NCBI GenBank assembly: GCA_964016885.1
Contig: OZ024740.1
Location: 265,546,001 to 265,610,000, forward strand
Source: Eledone cirrhosa
Lineage: Eukaryota
Length of the DNA stretch: 64,000 nucleotides
Reading direction: 5' to 3'
Shown: piece by piece, positions 15,061 through 29,400 of the stretch
Layout: each line of letters starts with the position of its first letter
Numbering within the stretch: the first letter of the stretch is position 1
Translations under genes and position numbers: made by a program
Notes under the pieces: model-generated
The model's input: the letters and a program-made list of their open reading frames with translations, nothing else
Databases searched by the model: none
What the model was told of the DNA's origin: nothing

Positions 15061-16979
15061 TGATTCTATCCACCTAGCCAACACTTATCGTCTGCTGTTT
15101 CTATCCGCCTTGCCAACACTTATCGTCTGCTGTTTCTATCCACTCAGCCAACACTTATCGTCTGCTGTTTCTATCCACCTAGCCAACACTTATCGGCTGC
15201 TGTTTCTAACCACGTAGCCAACACTTATCGTCTGCTGTTTCTATCCACCTAGCCAACTCTTATCGTCTGCTGTTTCTCTCCATTCAGCCAACACTTATCG
15301 TCTGCTGTTTCTATCCACCTAGCCAACACTTATAGTCTGCTGTTTCTATCCACCTAGCCAACACTTAACGTCTGCTGTTTCTATCCACCTAGCCAACACT
15401 TATCGTCTGCTGTTTCTATCCACCTAGCCAACACCTATCGTCTGCTGTTTCTATCCACCTAGCCAACACTTATCAACTGCTGTTTCTATCCACCTAGCCA
15501 ACACTTATCGTCTGCTTTTTCTATCCACCTAGCCGACACTTATCGTCTACTGTTTCTATCCACCTATCCAACACTTATCGTCTGCTGCATCTATCCACCT
15601 AGCCAACACTTATCGTCTGCTGTTTCTATCCACCTAGCCAACACCTATCGTCTGCTGTTTCTATCCACCTAGCCAACACTTATCGTATGCTGTTTCTATC
15701 CACTCAGCCAACACTTATCGTGTGCTGTTTCTATCCACCTAGCCAACACTTATCGTCTGCTGTTTCTATCCACGTAGCCAACACTTATCGTCTGCTGTTT
15801 CTATCCACCTAACCAACACTTATCGTCTGCTGTTTCAATCCACCTAGCCAACACTTATCGTCTGATGTTTCTATACATTCAGCCAACACTTATCGTCTGC
15901 TGTTTCTATCCACCTAGCCAACACTTATCGTCTGCTGTTTCTATCCACCTAGCCAACACTTATCGTCTGCTGTTTCTCTCCATTCAGCCAACACTTATCG
16001 TCTGCTGTTTCTATCCACCTAGCCAACACTTATCGTCTGTTGTTTCTATCCACCTAGCCAACACTTATCGTCTGCTGTTTCTTTCCACTCAGACAACATT
16101 ATTGTCTGCTGCTTCTATCCACCTAGCCAACACTTATCACCTGCTGTTTCTATCCACCTAGCCAACACTTATCGTCTGCTTTTTCTATCCACCTAGCCAA
16201 CACTTATCGTCTGTTGTTTCTATCCACCTAGCCAACACTTATCGTCTGCTGTTTCTCTCCATTCAGCCAACACTTATCGTCTGCTGTTTCTATCCACCTA
16301 GCCAACACTTATCGTCTGTTGTTTCTATCCACCTAGCCAACACTTATCGTCTGTTATTTCTTTCCACTCAGACAACACTTATCGTCTGCTGCTTCTATCC
16401 ACCTAGCCAACACTTATCACCTGCTGTTTCTATCTGACTTGCCAATACTTATCGTCTGATGTTTCTATCCACCTAGCCAACACTTATCGTCTGCTGTTTC
16501 TATCCCCCTAGCCAACACTTATCGTCTGCTGTTTCTATCCACCTAGCCAACACTTATCATCTGCTGTTTCTATCCACCTAGCGAACACTTATCGTCTGCT
16601 GTTTCTATCCTCTCAGTCAAGACTTATCGTCTGCTGTTTCTATCCATTCAGCCAACACTTATCGTCTGCTGTTTCTATCCACCTAGCCAACACTTACCGT
16701 CTGCTGTTTCTATCCACTCAGCCAACACTTATCGTCTGCAGTTTCTATCCACCTAGCCAACACTTACCGTCTGCTGTTTCTATCCACCTAGCCAACACTT
16801 ATCGTCTGCTGTTTCTATCCTCTCAGTCAAGACTTATCGTCTGCTGTTTCTATCCACCTAGCCAACACTTATCGTCTGCTGTTTCTATCCTCTCAGTCAA
16901 GACTTATTGTCTGCTGTTTCTATCCACCTAGCCAACACTTACCGTCTGCTGTTTCTATCCACCTAGCGAACACTTATCG

Positions 16980-19900
16980 TCTGCTGTTTCTATCCTCTCA
17001 GTCAAGACTTATCGTCTGCTGTTTCTATCCACCTAGCCAACACTTATCGTCTGCAGTTTCTATCCACCTAGCCAACACTTACCGTCTGCTGTTTTTATCC
17101 ATTCAGCCAACACTTCTCGTCTGCTGTTTCTATCCACCTAGCCAACACTTACCGTCTGCTGTTTCTATCCACTCAGCCAACACATATCGTCTGCTGTTTC
17201 TATCCACCTAGCCAACACTTACCGTCTGCTGTTTCTATCCACCTAGCCAACACTTACCGTCTGCTGTTTCTATCCATTCAGCCAACACTTCTCGTCTGCA
17301 GTTTCTATCCACCTAGCCAACACTTACCGTCTGCTGTTTCTATCCATTCAGCCAACACTTATCGTCTGCTGTTTCTATCCACCTAGCCAACACTTACCGT
17401 CTGCTGTTTCTATCCACTCAGCCAACACATATCGTCTTCTGATTATATCCACCTAGCCAACACTTATCGTCTGCTGTTTCTATCCACCTAGCCAACACTT
17501 ATCGTCTGCTGTTTCTATCCACGTAGCCAACACTTATCGTCTGCTGTTTCTATCCACTCAGTCAAGACTTATCGTCTGCTGTTTCTATCCATTCAGCCAA
17601 CACTTATCGTCTGCTGTTTCTATCCACCTAGCCAACACTTATCGGCTGCTGTTTCTATCCACGTAGCCAACACTTATCGTCTGCTGTTTCTATCCACCTA
17701 GCCAACACTTATCGTCTGCTGTTTCTCTCCATTCAGCCAACACTTATCGTCTGCTGTTTCTATCCACATAGCCAACACTTATAGTCTGCTGTTTCTATCC
17801 ACCTAGCCAACACTTAACGTCTGCTGTTTCTATCCACCTAGCCAACACTTATCGTCTGCTGTTTCTATCCACCTAGCCAACACTTATCGTCTGCTGTTTC
17901 TATCCACCTAGCCAACACTTATCGTCTGCTGTTTCTATCCACCTAGCCAACACTTATCGTCTGTGGTTTCTATCCACCTAGCCAACACTTATCGTCTGCT
18001 GTTTCTATCCACCTAGCCAACACCTATCGTCTGCTGTTTCTATCCACCTAGCCAACACGTATCGTCTGCTGTTTCTATCCACCTAGCCAACACTTATCGT
18101 CAGCTGTTTCTATCCACTCAGCCAACACATATCGTCTTCTGATTATATCCACCTAGCCAACACTTATCGTCTGCTGTTTCTATCCACCTAGCCAACACTT
18201 ATCGTCTGCTGTTTCTATCCACCTAGCCAACACTTATCGTCTGCTGTTTCTTTCCACTCAGACAACACTTATCGTCTGCTGCTTCTATCCACCTAGCCAA
18301 CATTTATCAACTGCTGTTTCTATCCACCTAGCCAACACTTATCGTCTGCTTTTTCTATCCACCTAGCCGACACTTATCGTCTGCTGTTTCTATCCACCTA
18401 GCCAACACTTATCGTCTGCTGTTTCTCTCCACCTAGCCAACACTTATCGTCTGCTGTTTCTATCCACCTAGACAACACTTATCGTCTGCTGTTTCTATCC
18501 ACCTAGCCAACACATATCGTCTGCTGTTTCTATCTGACTTGCCAACACTTATCGTCTGATGTTTCTATCCACCTAGCCAACACTTATCGTCTGCTGTTTC
18601 TATCCCCCTAGCCAACACTTATCGTCTGCTGTTTCTATCCACCTAGCCAACACTTATCGTCTGCTGTTTCTATCCACCTAGCGAACACTTATCGTCTGCT
18701 GTTTCTATCCTCTCAGTCAAGACTTATCGTCTGCTGTTTCTATCCACCTAGCCAACACTTATCGGCTGCTGTTTCTATCCACGTAGCCAACACTTATCGT
18801 CTGCTGTTTCTATCCACCTAGCCAACTCTTATCGTCTGCTGTTTCTCTCCATTCAGCCAACACTTATCGTCTGCTGTTTCTATCCACCTAGCCAACACTT
18901 ATAGTCTGCTGTTTCTATCCACCTAGCCAAAACTTAACGTCTGCTGTTTCTATCCACCTAGCCAACACTTATCGTCTGCTGTTTCTATCCACCTAGCCAA
19001 TACCTATCGTCTGCTGTTTCTATCCACCTAGCCAACACTTATCAACTGCTGTTTCTATCCACCTAGCCAACACTTATCGTCTGCTTTTTCTATCCACCTA
19101 GCCGACACTTATCGTCTACTGTTTCTATCCACCTATCCAACACTTATCGTCTGATGTTTCTATCCATTCAGCCAACACTTATCGTCTGCTGTTTCTATCC
19201 ACCTAGCCAACACTTATCGTCTGCTGTTTCTATCCACCTAGCCAACACTTATCGTCTGCTGTTTCTCTCCATTCAGCCAACACTTATCGTTTGCTGTTTA
19301 TATCCACCTAGGCAACACTTATCGTCTGCTGTTTCTATCCACCTAGCCACACTTATCGTCTGCTGTTTCTATCCACCTAGCCAACACCTATCGTCTGCTG
19401 TTTCTATCCACCTAGCCAACACGTATCGTCTGCTGTTTCTATCCACCTAGCCAACACTTATCGTCTGCTGTTTATATCCACCTAGCCAACACTTATCGTC
19501 TGTTGTTTCTATCCAACTAGCCAACACTTATCGTCTGCTGTTTCTTTCCACTCAGACAACACTTATCGCCTGCTGCTTCTATCCACCTAGACAACACTTA
19601 TCGTCTGCTGTTTATATCCACCTAGCCAACACATATCGTCTGCTGTTTCTATCTGACTTGCCAACACTTATCGTCTGATGTTTCTATCCACCTAGCCAAC
19701 ACGTATCGTCTGCTGTTTCTATCCACCTAGCCAACACTTATCGTCTGCTGTTTCTATCCACCTAGCCAACACTTATCGTTTGTTGTTTCTATCCACCTAG
19801 CCAACACTTATCGTCTGCTGTTTCTTTCCACTCAGACAACACTTATCGTCTGCTGTTTCTATCCACCTAGACAACACTTATCGTCTGCTGTTTCTATCTA

Positions 19901-22900
19901 CCTAGCCAACACATATCGTCTGCTGTTTCTATCTGACTTGCCAACACTTATCGTCTGATGTTTCTATCCACCTAGCCAACACTTATCGTCTGCTGTTTCT
20001 ATCCCCCTAGCCAACAATTATCGTCTGCTGTTTCTATCCACCTAGCCAACACTTATCGTCTGCTGTTTCTATCCACCTAGCCAACACTTATCGTCTGCTG
20101 TTTCTATCCACCTAGCCAACACCTATCGTCTGCTGTTTCTATCCACCTAGCCAACACCTATCGTTTGCTTTTTCTATCTACCTAGCCAACACTTATCGTC
20201 TGTTGTTTCTATCCACCTAGCCAACACTTATCGTCTGCTGTTTCTTTCCACTCGGACAACACTTATCGTCTGCTGCTTCTATCCACCTAGCCAACACTTA
20301 TCAACTGCTGTTTCTATCCACCTAGCCAACACTTATCGTCTGCTTTTTCTATCCACCTAGCCGACACTTATCGTCTGCTGTTTCTATCCACCTAGCCAAC
20401 ACTTATCGTCTGCTGTTTCTCTCCACCTAGCCAACACTTATCGTCTGCTGTTTCTATCCACCTAGACAACACTTATCGTCTGCTGTTTCTATCCACCTAG
20501 CCAACACATATCGTCTGCTGTTTCTATCTGACTTGCCAACACTTATCGTCTGCTGTTTCTATCCTCTCAGTCAAGACTTATCGTCTGCTGTTTCTATCCA
20601 TTCAGCCAACACTTATCGTCTGCTGTTCCTATCCACCTAGCCAACACTTACCGTCTGCTGTTTCTATCCACTCAGCCAACACATATCGTCTGCTGTTTCT
20701 ATCCACCTAGCCAACACTTATCGTCTGCTGTTTCTATCCACCTAGCCAACACTTATCGTCTGCTGATTCTATCCACCTAGCCAACACTTATCGTCTGCTG
20801 ATTATATACACCTAGCCCACACTTATCGTCTGACATTTCTATCCGCCTTGCCAACACTTATCGTCTGCTATTTCTATCCACCTAGCCAACACTTATAGTC
20901 TGCTGTTTCTATCCACCTAGCCAACACTTATCGTCTGCTGTTTCTATCCACGTAGTCAACACTTATCGTCTGCTGTTTCTATCCACTCAGTCAAGACTTA
21001 TCGTCTGCTGTTTCTATCCATTCAGCCAACACTTATCGTCTGCTGTTTCTATCCACCTAGCCAACACTTATCGGCTGCTGTTTCTATCCACGTAGCCAAC
21101 TCTTATCGTCTGCTGTTTCTATCCACCTAGCCAACTCTTATCGTCTGCTGTTTCTCTCCATTCAGCCAACACTTATCGTCTGCTGTTTCTATCCACCTAG
21201 CCAACACTTATAGTCTGCTGTTTCTATCCACCTAGCCAACACTTAACGTCTGCTGTTTCTATCCACCTAGCCAACACTTATCGTCTGCTGTTTCTATCCA
21301 CCTAGCCAATACCTATCGTCTGCTGTTTCTATCCACCTAGCCAACACTTATCAACTGCTGTTTCTATCAACCTAACCAACACTTATCGTCTGCTTTTTCT
21401 ATCCACCTAGACTACACTTATCGTCTACTGTTTCTATCCACCTATCCAACACTTATCGTCTGCTGTATCTATCCACCTAGCCAACACTTATCGTCTGCTG
21501 TTTCAATCCACCTAGCCAACACTTATCGTCTGATGTTTCTATCCATTCAGCCAACACTTATCGTCTGCTGTTTCTATCCACCTAGCCAACACTTATCGTC
21601 TGCTGTTTCTATCCACCTAGCCAACACTTATCGTCTGCTGTTTCTCTCCATTCAGCCAACACTTATCGTTTGCTGTTTATATCCACCTAGGCAACACTTA
21701 TCGTCTGCTGTTTCTATCCACCTAGCCAACACTTATCGTCTGCTGTTTCTATCCACCTAGCCAACACCTATCGTCTGCTGTTTCTATCCACCTAGCCAAC
21801 ACGTATCGTCTGCTGTTTCTATCCACCTAGCCAACAATTATCGTCTGATGTTTCTATCCACCTAGCCAACACTTATCGTCTGTTGTTTCTATCCACCTAG
21901 CCAACACTTATCGTCTGCTGTTTCTTTCCACTCAGACAACACTTATCACCTGCTGCTTCTATCCACCTAGACAACACTTATCGTCTGCTGTTTCTATCCA
22001 CCTAGCCAACACATATCATCTGCTGTTTCTATCCACCTAGCCAACACTTATCGTCTGCTGTTTCTATCCACCTAGCCAACACTTATCGTCTGTTGTTTCT
22101 ATCCACCTAGCCAACACTTATCGTCTGCTGTTTCTTTCCACTCAGACAACACTTATCGTCTGCTGTTTCTATCCACCTAGACAACACTTATCGTCTGCTG
22201 TTTCTATCCACCTAGCCAACACATATCGTCTGCTGTTTCTATCTGACTTGCCAACACTTATCGTCTGATGTTTCTATCCACCTAGACAACACTTATCGTC
22301 TGCTGTTTCTATCCACCTAGCCAACACATATCGTCTGCTGTTTCTATCTGACTTGCCAACACTTATCGTCTGCTGTTTCTATCCTCTCAGTCAAGACTTA
22401 TCGTCTGCTGTTTCTATCCATTCAGCCAACACTTATCGTCTGCTGTTTCTATCCACCTAGCCAACACTTACCGTCTGCTGTTTCTATCCACTCAGCCAAC
22501 ACATATCGTCTGCTGTTTCTATCCACCTAGCCAACACTTATCGTCTGCTGTTTCTATCCACCTAGCCAACACTTATCGTCTGCTGATTCTATCCACCTAG
22601 CCAACACTTATCGTCTGCTGATTATATACACCTAGCCCACACTTATCGTCTGACATTTCTATCCGCCTTGCCAACACTTATCGTCTGCTATTTCTATCCA
22701 CCTAGCCAACACTTATAGTCTGCTGTTTCTATCCACCTAGCCAACACTTATCGTCTGCTGTTTCTATCCACGTAGTCAACACTTATCGTCTGCTGTTTCT
22801 ATCCACTCAGTCAAGACTTATCGTCTGCTGTTTCTATCCATTCAGCCAACACTTATCGTCTGCTGTTTCTATCCACCTAGCCAACACTTATCGGCTGCTG

Positions 22901-25900
22901 TTTCTATCCACGTAGCCAACTCTTATCGTCTGCTGTTTCTATCCACCTAGCCAACTCTTATCGTCTGCTGTTTCTCTCCATTCAGCCAACACTTATCGTC
23001 TGCTGTTTCTATCCACCTAGCCAACACTTATAGTCTGCTGTTTCTATCCACCTAGCCAACACTTAACGTCTGCTGTTTCTATCCACCTAGCCAACACTTA
23101 TCGTCTGCTGTTTCTATCCACCTAGCCAATACCTATCGTCTGCTGTTTCTATCCACCTAGCCAACACTTATCAACTGCTGTTTCTATCAACCTAGCCAAC
23201 ACTTATCGTCTGCTTTTTCTATCCACCTAGACTACACTTATCGTCTACTGTTTCTATCCACCTATCCAACACTTATCGTCTGCTGTATCTATCCACCTAG
23301 CCAACACTTATCGTCTGCTGTTTCAATCCACCTAGCCAACACTTATCGTCTGATGTTTCTATCCATTCAGCCAACACTTATCGTCTGCTGTTTCTATCCA
23401 CCTAGCCAACACTTATCGTCTGCTGTTTCTATCCACCTAGCCAACACTTATCGTCTGCTGTTTCTCTCCATTCAGCCAACACTTATCGTTTGCTGTTTAT
23501 ATCCACCTAGGCAACACTTATCGTCTGCTGTTTCTATCCACCTAGCCAACACTTATCGTCTGCTGTTTCTATCCACCTAGCCAACACCTATCGTCTGCTG
23601 TTTCTATCCACCTAGCCAACACGTATCGTCTGCTGTTTCTATCCACCTAGCCAACAATTATCGTCTGATGTTTCTATCCACCTAGCCAACACTTATCGTC
23701 TGTTGTTTCTATCCACCTAGCCAACACTTATCGTCTGCTGTTTCTTTCCACTCAGACAACACTTATCACCTGCTGCTTCTATCCACCTAGACAACACTTA
23801 TCGTCTGCTGTTTCTATCCACCTAGCCAACACATATCATCTGCTGTTTCTATCCACCTAGCCAACACTTATCGTCTGCTGTTTCTATCCACCTAGCCAAC
23901 ACTTATCGTCTGTTGTTTCTATCCACCTAGCCAACACTTATCGTCTGCTGTTTCTTTCCACTCAGACAACACTTATCGTCTGCTGTTTCTATCCACCTAG
24001 ACAACACTTATCGTCTGCTGTTTCTATCCACCTAGCCAACACATATCGTCTGCTGTTTCTATCTGACTTGCCAACACTTATCGTCTGATGTTTCTATCCA
24101 CCTAGCCAACACTTATCGTCTGCTGTTTCTATCCCCCTAGCCAACACTTATCGTCTGCTGTTTCTATCCACCTAGCCAACACTTATCGTCTGCTGTTTCT
24201 ATCCACCTAGCGAACACTTATCGTCTGCTGTTTCTATCATCTCAGTTAAGACTTATCGTCTGTTGTTTCTATCCATTCAGCCAACACTTATCGTCTGCTG
24301 TTTCTATCCACCTAGCCAACACTTACCGTCTGCTTTTTCTATCCACTCAGCCAACACATATCGTCTGCTGTTTCTATCCACCTAGCCAACACTTATCGTC
24401 TGCTGTTTCTATCCACCTAGCCAACACTTATCGTCTGCTGATTCTATCCACCTAGCCAACACTTATCGTCTGCTAATTATATCCACGTAGCCAACACTTA
24501 TCGTCTGACATTTCTATCCGCCTTGCCAACACTTATCGTCTGCTGTTTCTATCCAGCTAGCCAACACTTATCGTCTGCTGTTTCTATCCACCTAGCCAAC
24601 ACTTATCGTCTGCTGTTTCTATCCACGTAGCCAACACTTATCGTCTGCTGTTTCTATCCACTCAGTCAAGACTTATCGTCTGCTGTTTATATCCATTCAG
24701 CCAACACTCATCGTCTGCTGTTTCTATCCACCTAGCCAACACTTATCGGCTGCTGTTTCTATCCACGTAGCCAACACTTATCGTCTGCTGTTTCTATCCA
24801 CCTAGCCAACTCTTATCGTCTGCTGTTTCTCTCCATTCAGCCAACACTTATCGTCTGCTGTTTCTATCCAGCTAGCCAAAACTTATAGTCTGCTGTTTCT
24901 ATCCACCTAGCCAAAACTTAACGTCTGCTGTTTCTATCCACCTAGCCAACACTTATCGTCTGCTGTTTCTATCCACCTAGCCAATACCTATCGTCTGCTG
25001 TTTCTATCCACCTAGCCAACACTTATCAACTGCTGTTTCTATCCACCTAGCCAACACTTATCGTCTGCTTTTTCTATCCACCTAGCCGACACTTATCGTC
25101 TACTGTTTCTATCCACCTATCCAACACTTATCGTCTGATGTTTCTATCCATTCAGCCAACACTTATCGTCTGCTGTTTCTATCCACCTAGCCAACACTTA
25201 TCGTCTGCTGTTTCTATCCACCTAGCCAACACTTATCGTCTGCTGTTTCTCTCCATTCAGCCAACACTTATCGTTTGCTGTTTATATCCACCTAGGCAAC
25301 ACTTATCGTCTGCTGTTTCTATCCACCTAGCCAACACTTATCGTCTGCTGTTTCTATCCACCTAGCCAACACCTATCGTCTGCTGTTTCTATCCACCTAG
25401 CCAACACGTATCGTCTGCTGTTTCTATCCACATAGCCAACACTTATCGTCTGCTGTTTCTATCCACCGAGCCAACACTTATCGTCTGCTGTTTCTTTCCA
25501 CTCAGACAACACTTATCGCCTGCTGCTTCTATCCACCTAGACAACACTTATCGTCTGCTGTTTCTATCCACCTAGCCAACACATATCATCTGCTGTTTCT
25601 ATCTGACTTGCCAACACTTATCGTCAGATGTTTCTATCCACCTAGCCAACACGTATCGTCTGCTGTTTCTATCCACCTAGCCAACACTTATCGTCTGCTG
25701 TTTCTATCCACCTAGCCAACACTTATCGTCTGTTGTTTCTATCCACCTAGCCAACACTTATCGTCTGCTGTTTCGTTCCACTCAGACAACACTTATCGTC
25801 TGCTGTTTCTATCCACCTAGACAACACTTATCCTCTGCTGTTTCTATCCACCTAGCCAACACATATCGTCTGCTGTTTCTATCTGACTTGCCAACACTTC

Positions 25901-26381
25901 TCGTCTGATGTTTCTATCCACCTAGCCAACACTTATCGTCTGCTGTTTCTATCCCCCTAGCCAACACTTATCGTCTGCTGTTTCTATCCACCTAGCCAAC
26001 ACTTATCGTCTGCTGTTTCTATCCACCTAGCGAACACTTATCGTCTGCTGTTTCTATCCTCTCAGTCAAGACTTATCGTCTGTTGTTTCTATCCATTCAG
26101 CCAACACTTATCGTCTGCTGTTTCTATCCACCTAGCCAACACTTACAGTCTGCTGTTTCTATCCACTCAGCCAACACATATCGTCTGCTGTTTCTATCCA
26201 CCTAGCCAACACTTATCGTCTGCTGTTTCTATCCACCTAGCCAACACTTATCGTCTGCTGATTCTATCCACCTAGCCAACACTTATCGTCTGCTAATTAT
26301 ATCCACGTAGCCAACACTTATCGTCTGACATTTCTATCCGCCTTGCCAACACTTATCGTCTGCTGTTTCTATCCACCTAGC
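16980..26381 (+). repeat. Copy 1 of a 9519-bp-offset (272 monomers minus 1 bp) near-perfect tandem duplication
   Basis: Identical pseudo-ORFs recur at +9519 (19154/28673, 21533/31052, 23353/32872, 25138/34657). Shared 1-bp deletion GCCACACTT near 19349/28868. Rare variants TGTGGTTT, CAGATG and TTCGTTCC occur in both copies. Confidence 0.95.
20449..24105 (+). repeat. Nested tandem duplication of 1820 bp (52 monomers) inside the 9.5-kb copy 1
   Basis: ATTATATACACCTAGCCCAC at 20801/22621; ACTACAC at 21411/23231; ORFs 21533/23353. Confidence 0.92.
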
Positions 26382-26498
26382 GAACACTTATCGTCTGCTG
26401 TTTCTATCCTCTCAGTCAAGACTTATCGTCTGTTGTTTCTATCCATTCAGCCAACACTTATCGTCTGCTGTTTCTATCCACCTAGCCAACACTTACAG

Positions 26499-29400
26499 TC
26501 TGCTGTTTCTATCCTCTCAGTCAAGACTTATCGTCTGCTGTTTCTATCCACCTAGCCAACACTTATCGTCTGCAGTTTCTATCCACCTAGCCAACACTTA
26601 CCGTCTGCTGTTTCTATCCATTCAGCCAACACTTCTCGTCTGCTGTTTCTATCCACCTAGCCAACACTTACCGTCTGCTGTTTCTATCCACTCAGCCAAC
26701 ACATATCGTCTGCTGTTTCTATCCACCTAGCCAACACTTACCGTCTGCTGTTTCTATCCACCTAGCCAACACTTACCGTCTGCTGTTTCTATCCATTCAG
26801 CCAACACTTCTCGTCTGCAGTTTCTATCCACCTAGCCAACACTTACCGTCTGCTGTTTCTATCCATTCAGCCAACACTTATCGTCTGCTGTTTCTATCCA
26901 CCTAGCCAACACTTACCGTCTGCTGTTTCTATCCACTCAGCCAACACATATCGTCTTCTGATTATATCCACCTAGCCAACACTTATCGTCTGCTGTTTCT
27001 ATCCACCTAGCCAACACTTATCGTCTGCTGTTTCTCTCCACGTAGCCAACACTTATCGTCTGCTGTTTCTATCCACTCAGTCAAGACTTATCGTCTGCTG
27101 TTTCTATCCATTCAGCCAACACTTATCGTCTGCTGTTTCTATCCACCTAGCCAACACTTATCGGCTGCTGTTTCTATCCACGTAGCCAACACTTATCGTC
27201 TGCTGTTTCTATCCACCTAGCCAACACTTATCGTCTGCTGTTTCTCTCCATTCAGCCAACACTTATCGTCTGCTGTTTCTATCCACATAGCCAACACTTA
27301 TAGTCTGCTGTTTCTATCCACCTAGCCAACACTTAACGTCTGCTGTTTCTATCCACCTAGCCAACACTTATCGTCTGCTGTTTCTATCCACCTAGCCAAC
27401 ACTTATCGTCTGCTGTTTCTATCCACCTAGCCAACACTTATCGTCTGCTGTTTCTATCCACCTAGCCAACACTTATCGTCTGTGGTTTCTATCCACCTAG
27501 CCAACACTTATCGTCTGCTGTTTCTATCCACCTAGCCAACACCTATCGTCTGCTGTTTCTATCCACCTAGCCAACACGTATCGTCTGCTGTTTCTATCCA
27601 CCTAGCCAACACTTATCGTCAGCTGTTTCTATCCACTCAGCCAACACATATCGTCTTCTGATTATATCCACCTAGCCAACACTTATCGTCTGCTGTTTCT
27701 ATCCACCTAGCCAACACTTATCGTCTGCTGTTTCTATCCACCTAGCCAACACTTATCGTCTGCTGTTTCTTTCCACTCAGACAACACTTATCGTCTGCTG
27801 CTTCTATCCACCTAGCCAACATTTATCAACTGCTGTTTCTATCCACCTAGCCAACACTTATCGTCTGCTTTTTCTATCCACCTAGCCGACACTTATCGTC
27901 TGCTGTTTCTATCCACCTAGCCAACACTTATCGTCTGCTGTTTCTCTCCACCTAGCCAACACTTATCGTCTGCTGTTTCTATCCACCTAGACAACACTTA
28001 TCGTCTGCTGTTTCTATCCACCTAGCCAACACATATCGTCTGCTGTTTCTATCTGACTTGCCAACACTTATCGTCTGATGTTTCTATCCACCTAGCCAAC
28101 ACTTATCGTCTGCTGTTTCTATCCCCCTAGCCAACACTTATCGTCTGCTGTTTCTATCCACCTAGCCAACACTTATCGTCTGCTGTTTCTATCCACCTAG
28201 CGAACACTTATCGTCTGCTGTTTCTATCCTCTCAGTCAAGACTTATCGTCTGCTGTTTCTATCCACCTAGCCAACACTTATCGGCTGCTGTTTCTATCCA
28301 CGTAGCCAACACTTATCGTCTGCTGTTTCTATCCACCTAGCCAACTCTTATCGTCTGCTGTTTCTCTCCATTCAGCCAACACTTATCGTCTGCTGTTTCT
28401 ATCCACCTAGCCAACACTTATAGTCTGCTGTTTCTATCCACCTAGCCAAAACTTAACGTCTGCTGTTTCTATCCACCTAGCCAACACTTATCGTCTGCTG
28501 TTTCTATCCACCTAGCCAATACCTATCGTCTGCTGTTTCTATCCACCTAGCCAACACTTATCAACTGCTGTTTCTATCCACCTAGCCAACACTTATCGTC
28601 TGCTTTTTCTATCCACCTAGCCGACACTTATCGTCTACTGTTTCTATCCACCTATCCAACACTTATCGTCTGATGTTTCTATCCATTCAGCCAACACTTA
28701 TCGTCTGCTGTTTCTATCCACCTAGCCAACACTTATCGTCTGCTGTTTCTATCCACCTAGCCAACACTTATCGTCTGCTGTTTCTCTCCATTCAGCCAAC
28801 ACTTATCGTTTGCTGTTTATATCCACCTAGGCAACACTTATCGTCTGCTGTTTCTATCCACCTAGCCACACTTATCGTCTGCTGTTTCTATCCACCTAGC
28901 CAACACCTATCGTCTGCTGTTTCTATCCACCTAGCCAACACGTATCGTCTGCTGTTTCTATCCACCTAGCCAACACTTATCGTCTGCTGTTTATATCCAC
29001 CTAGCCAACACTTATCGTCTGTTGTTTCTATCCAACTAGCCAACACTTATCGTCTGCTGTTTCTTTCCACTCAGACAACACTTATCGCCTGCTGCTTCTA
29101 TCCACCTAGACAACACTTATCGTCTGCTGTTTATATCCACCTAGCCAACACATATCGTCTGCTGTTTCTATCTGACTTGCCAACACTTATCGTCTGATGT
29201 TTCTATCCACCTAGCCAACACGTATCGTCTGCTGTTTCTATCCACCTAGCCAACACTTATCGTCTGCTGTTTCTATCCACCTAGCCAACACTTATCGTTT
29301 GTTGTTTCTATCCACCTAGCCAACACTTATCGTCTGCTGTTTCTTTCCACTCAGACAACACTTATCGTCTGCTGTTTCTATCCACCTAGACAACACTTAT

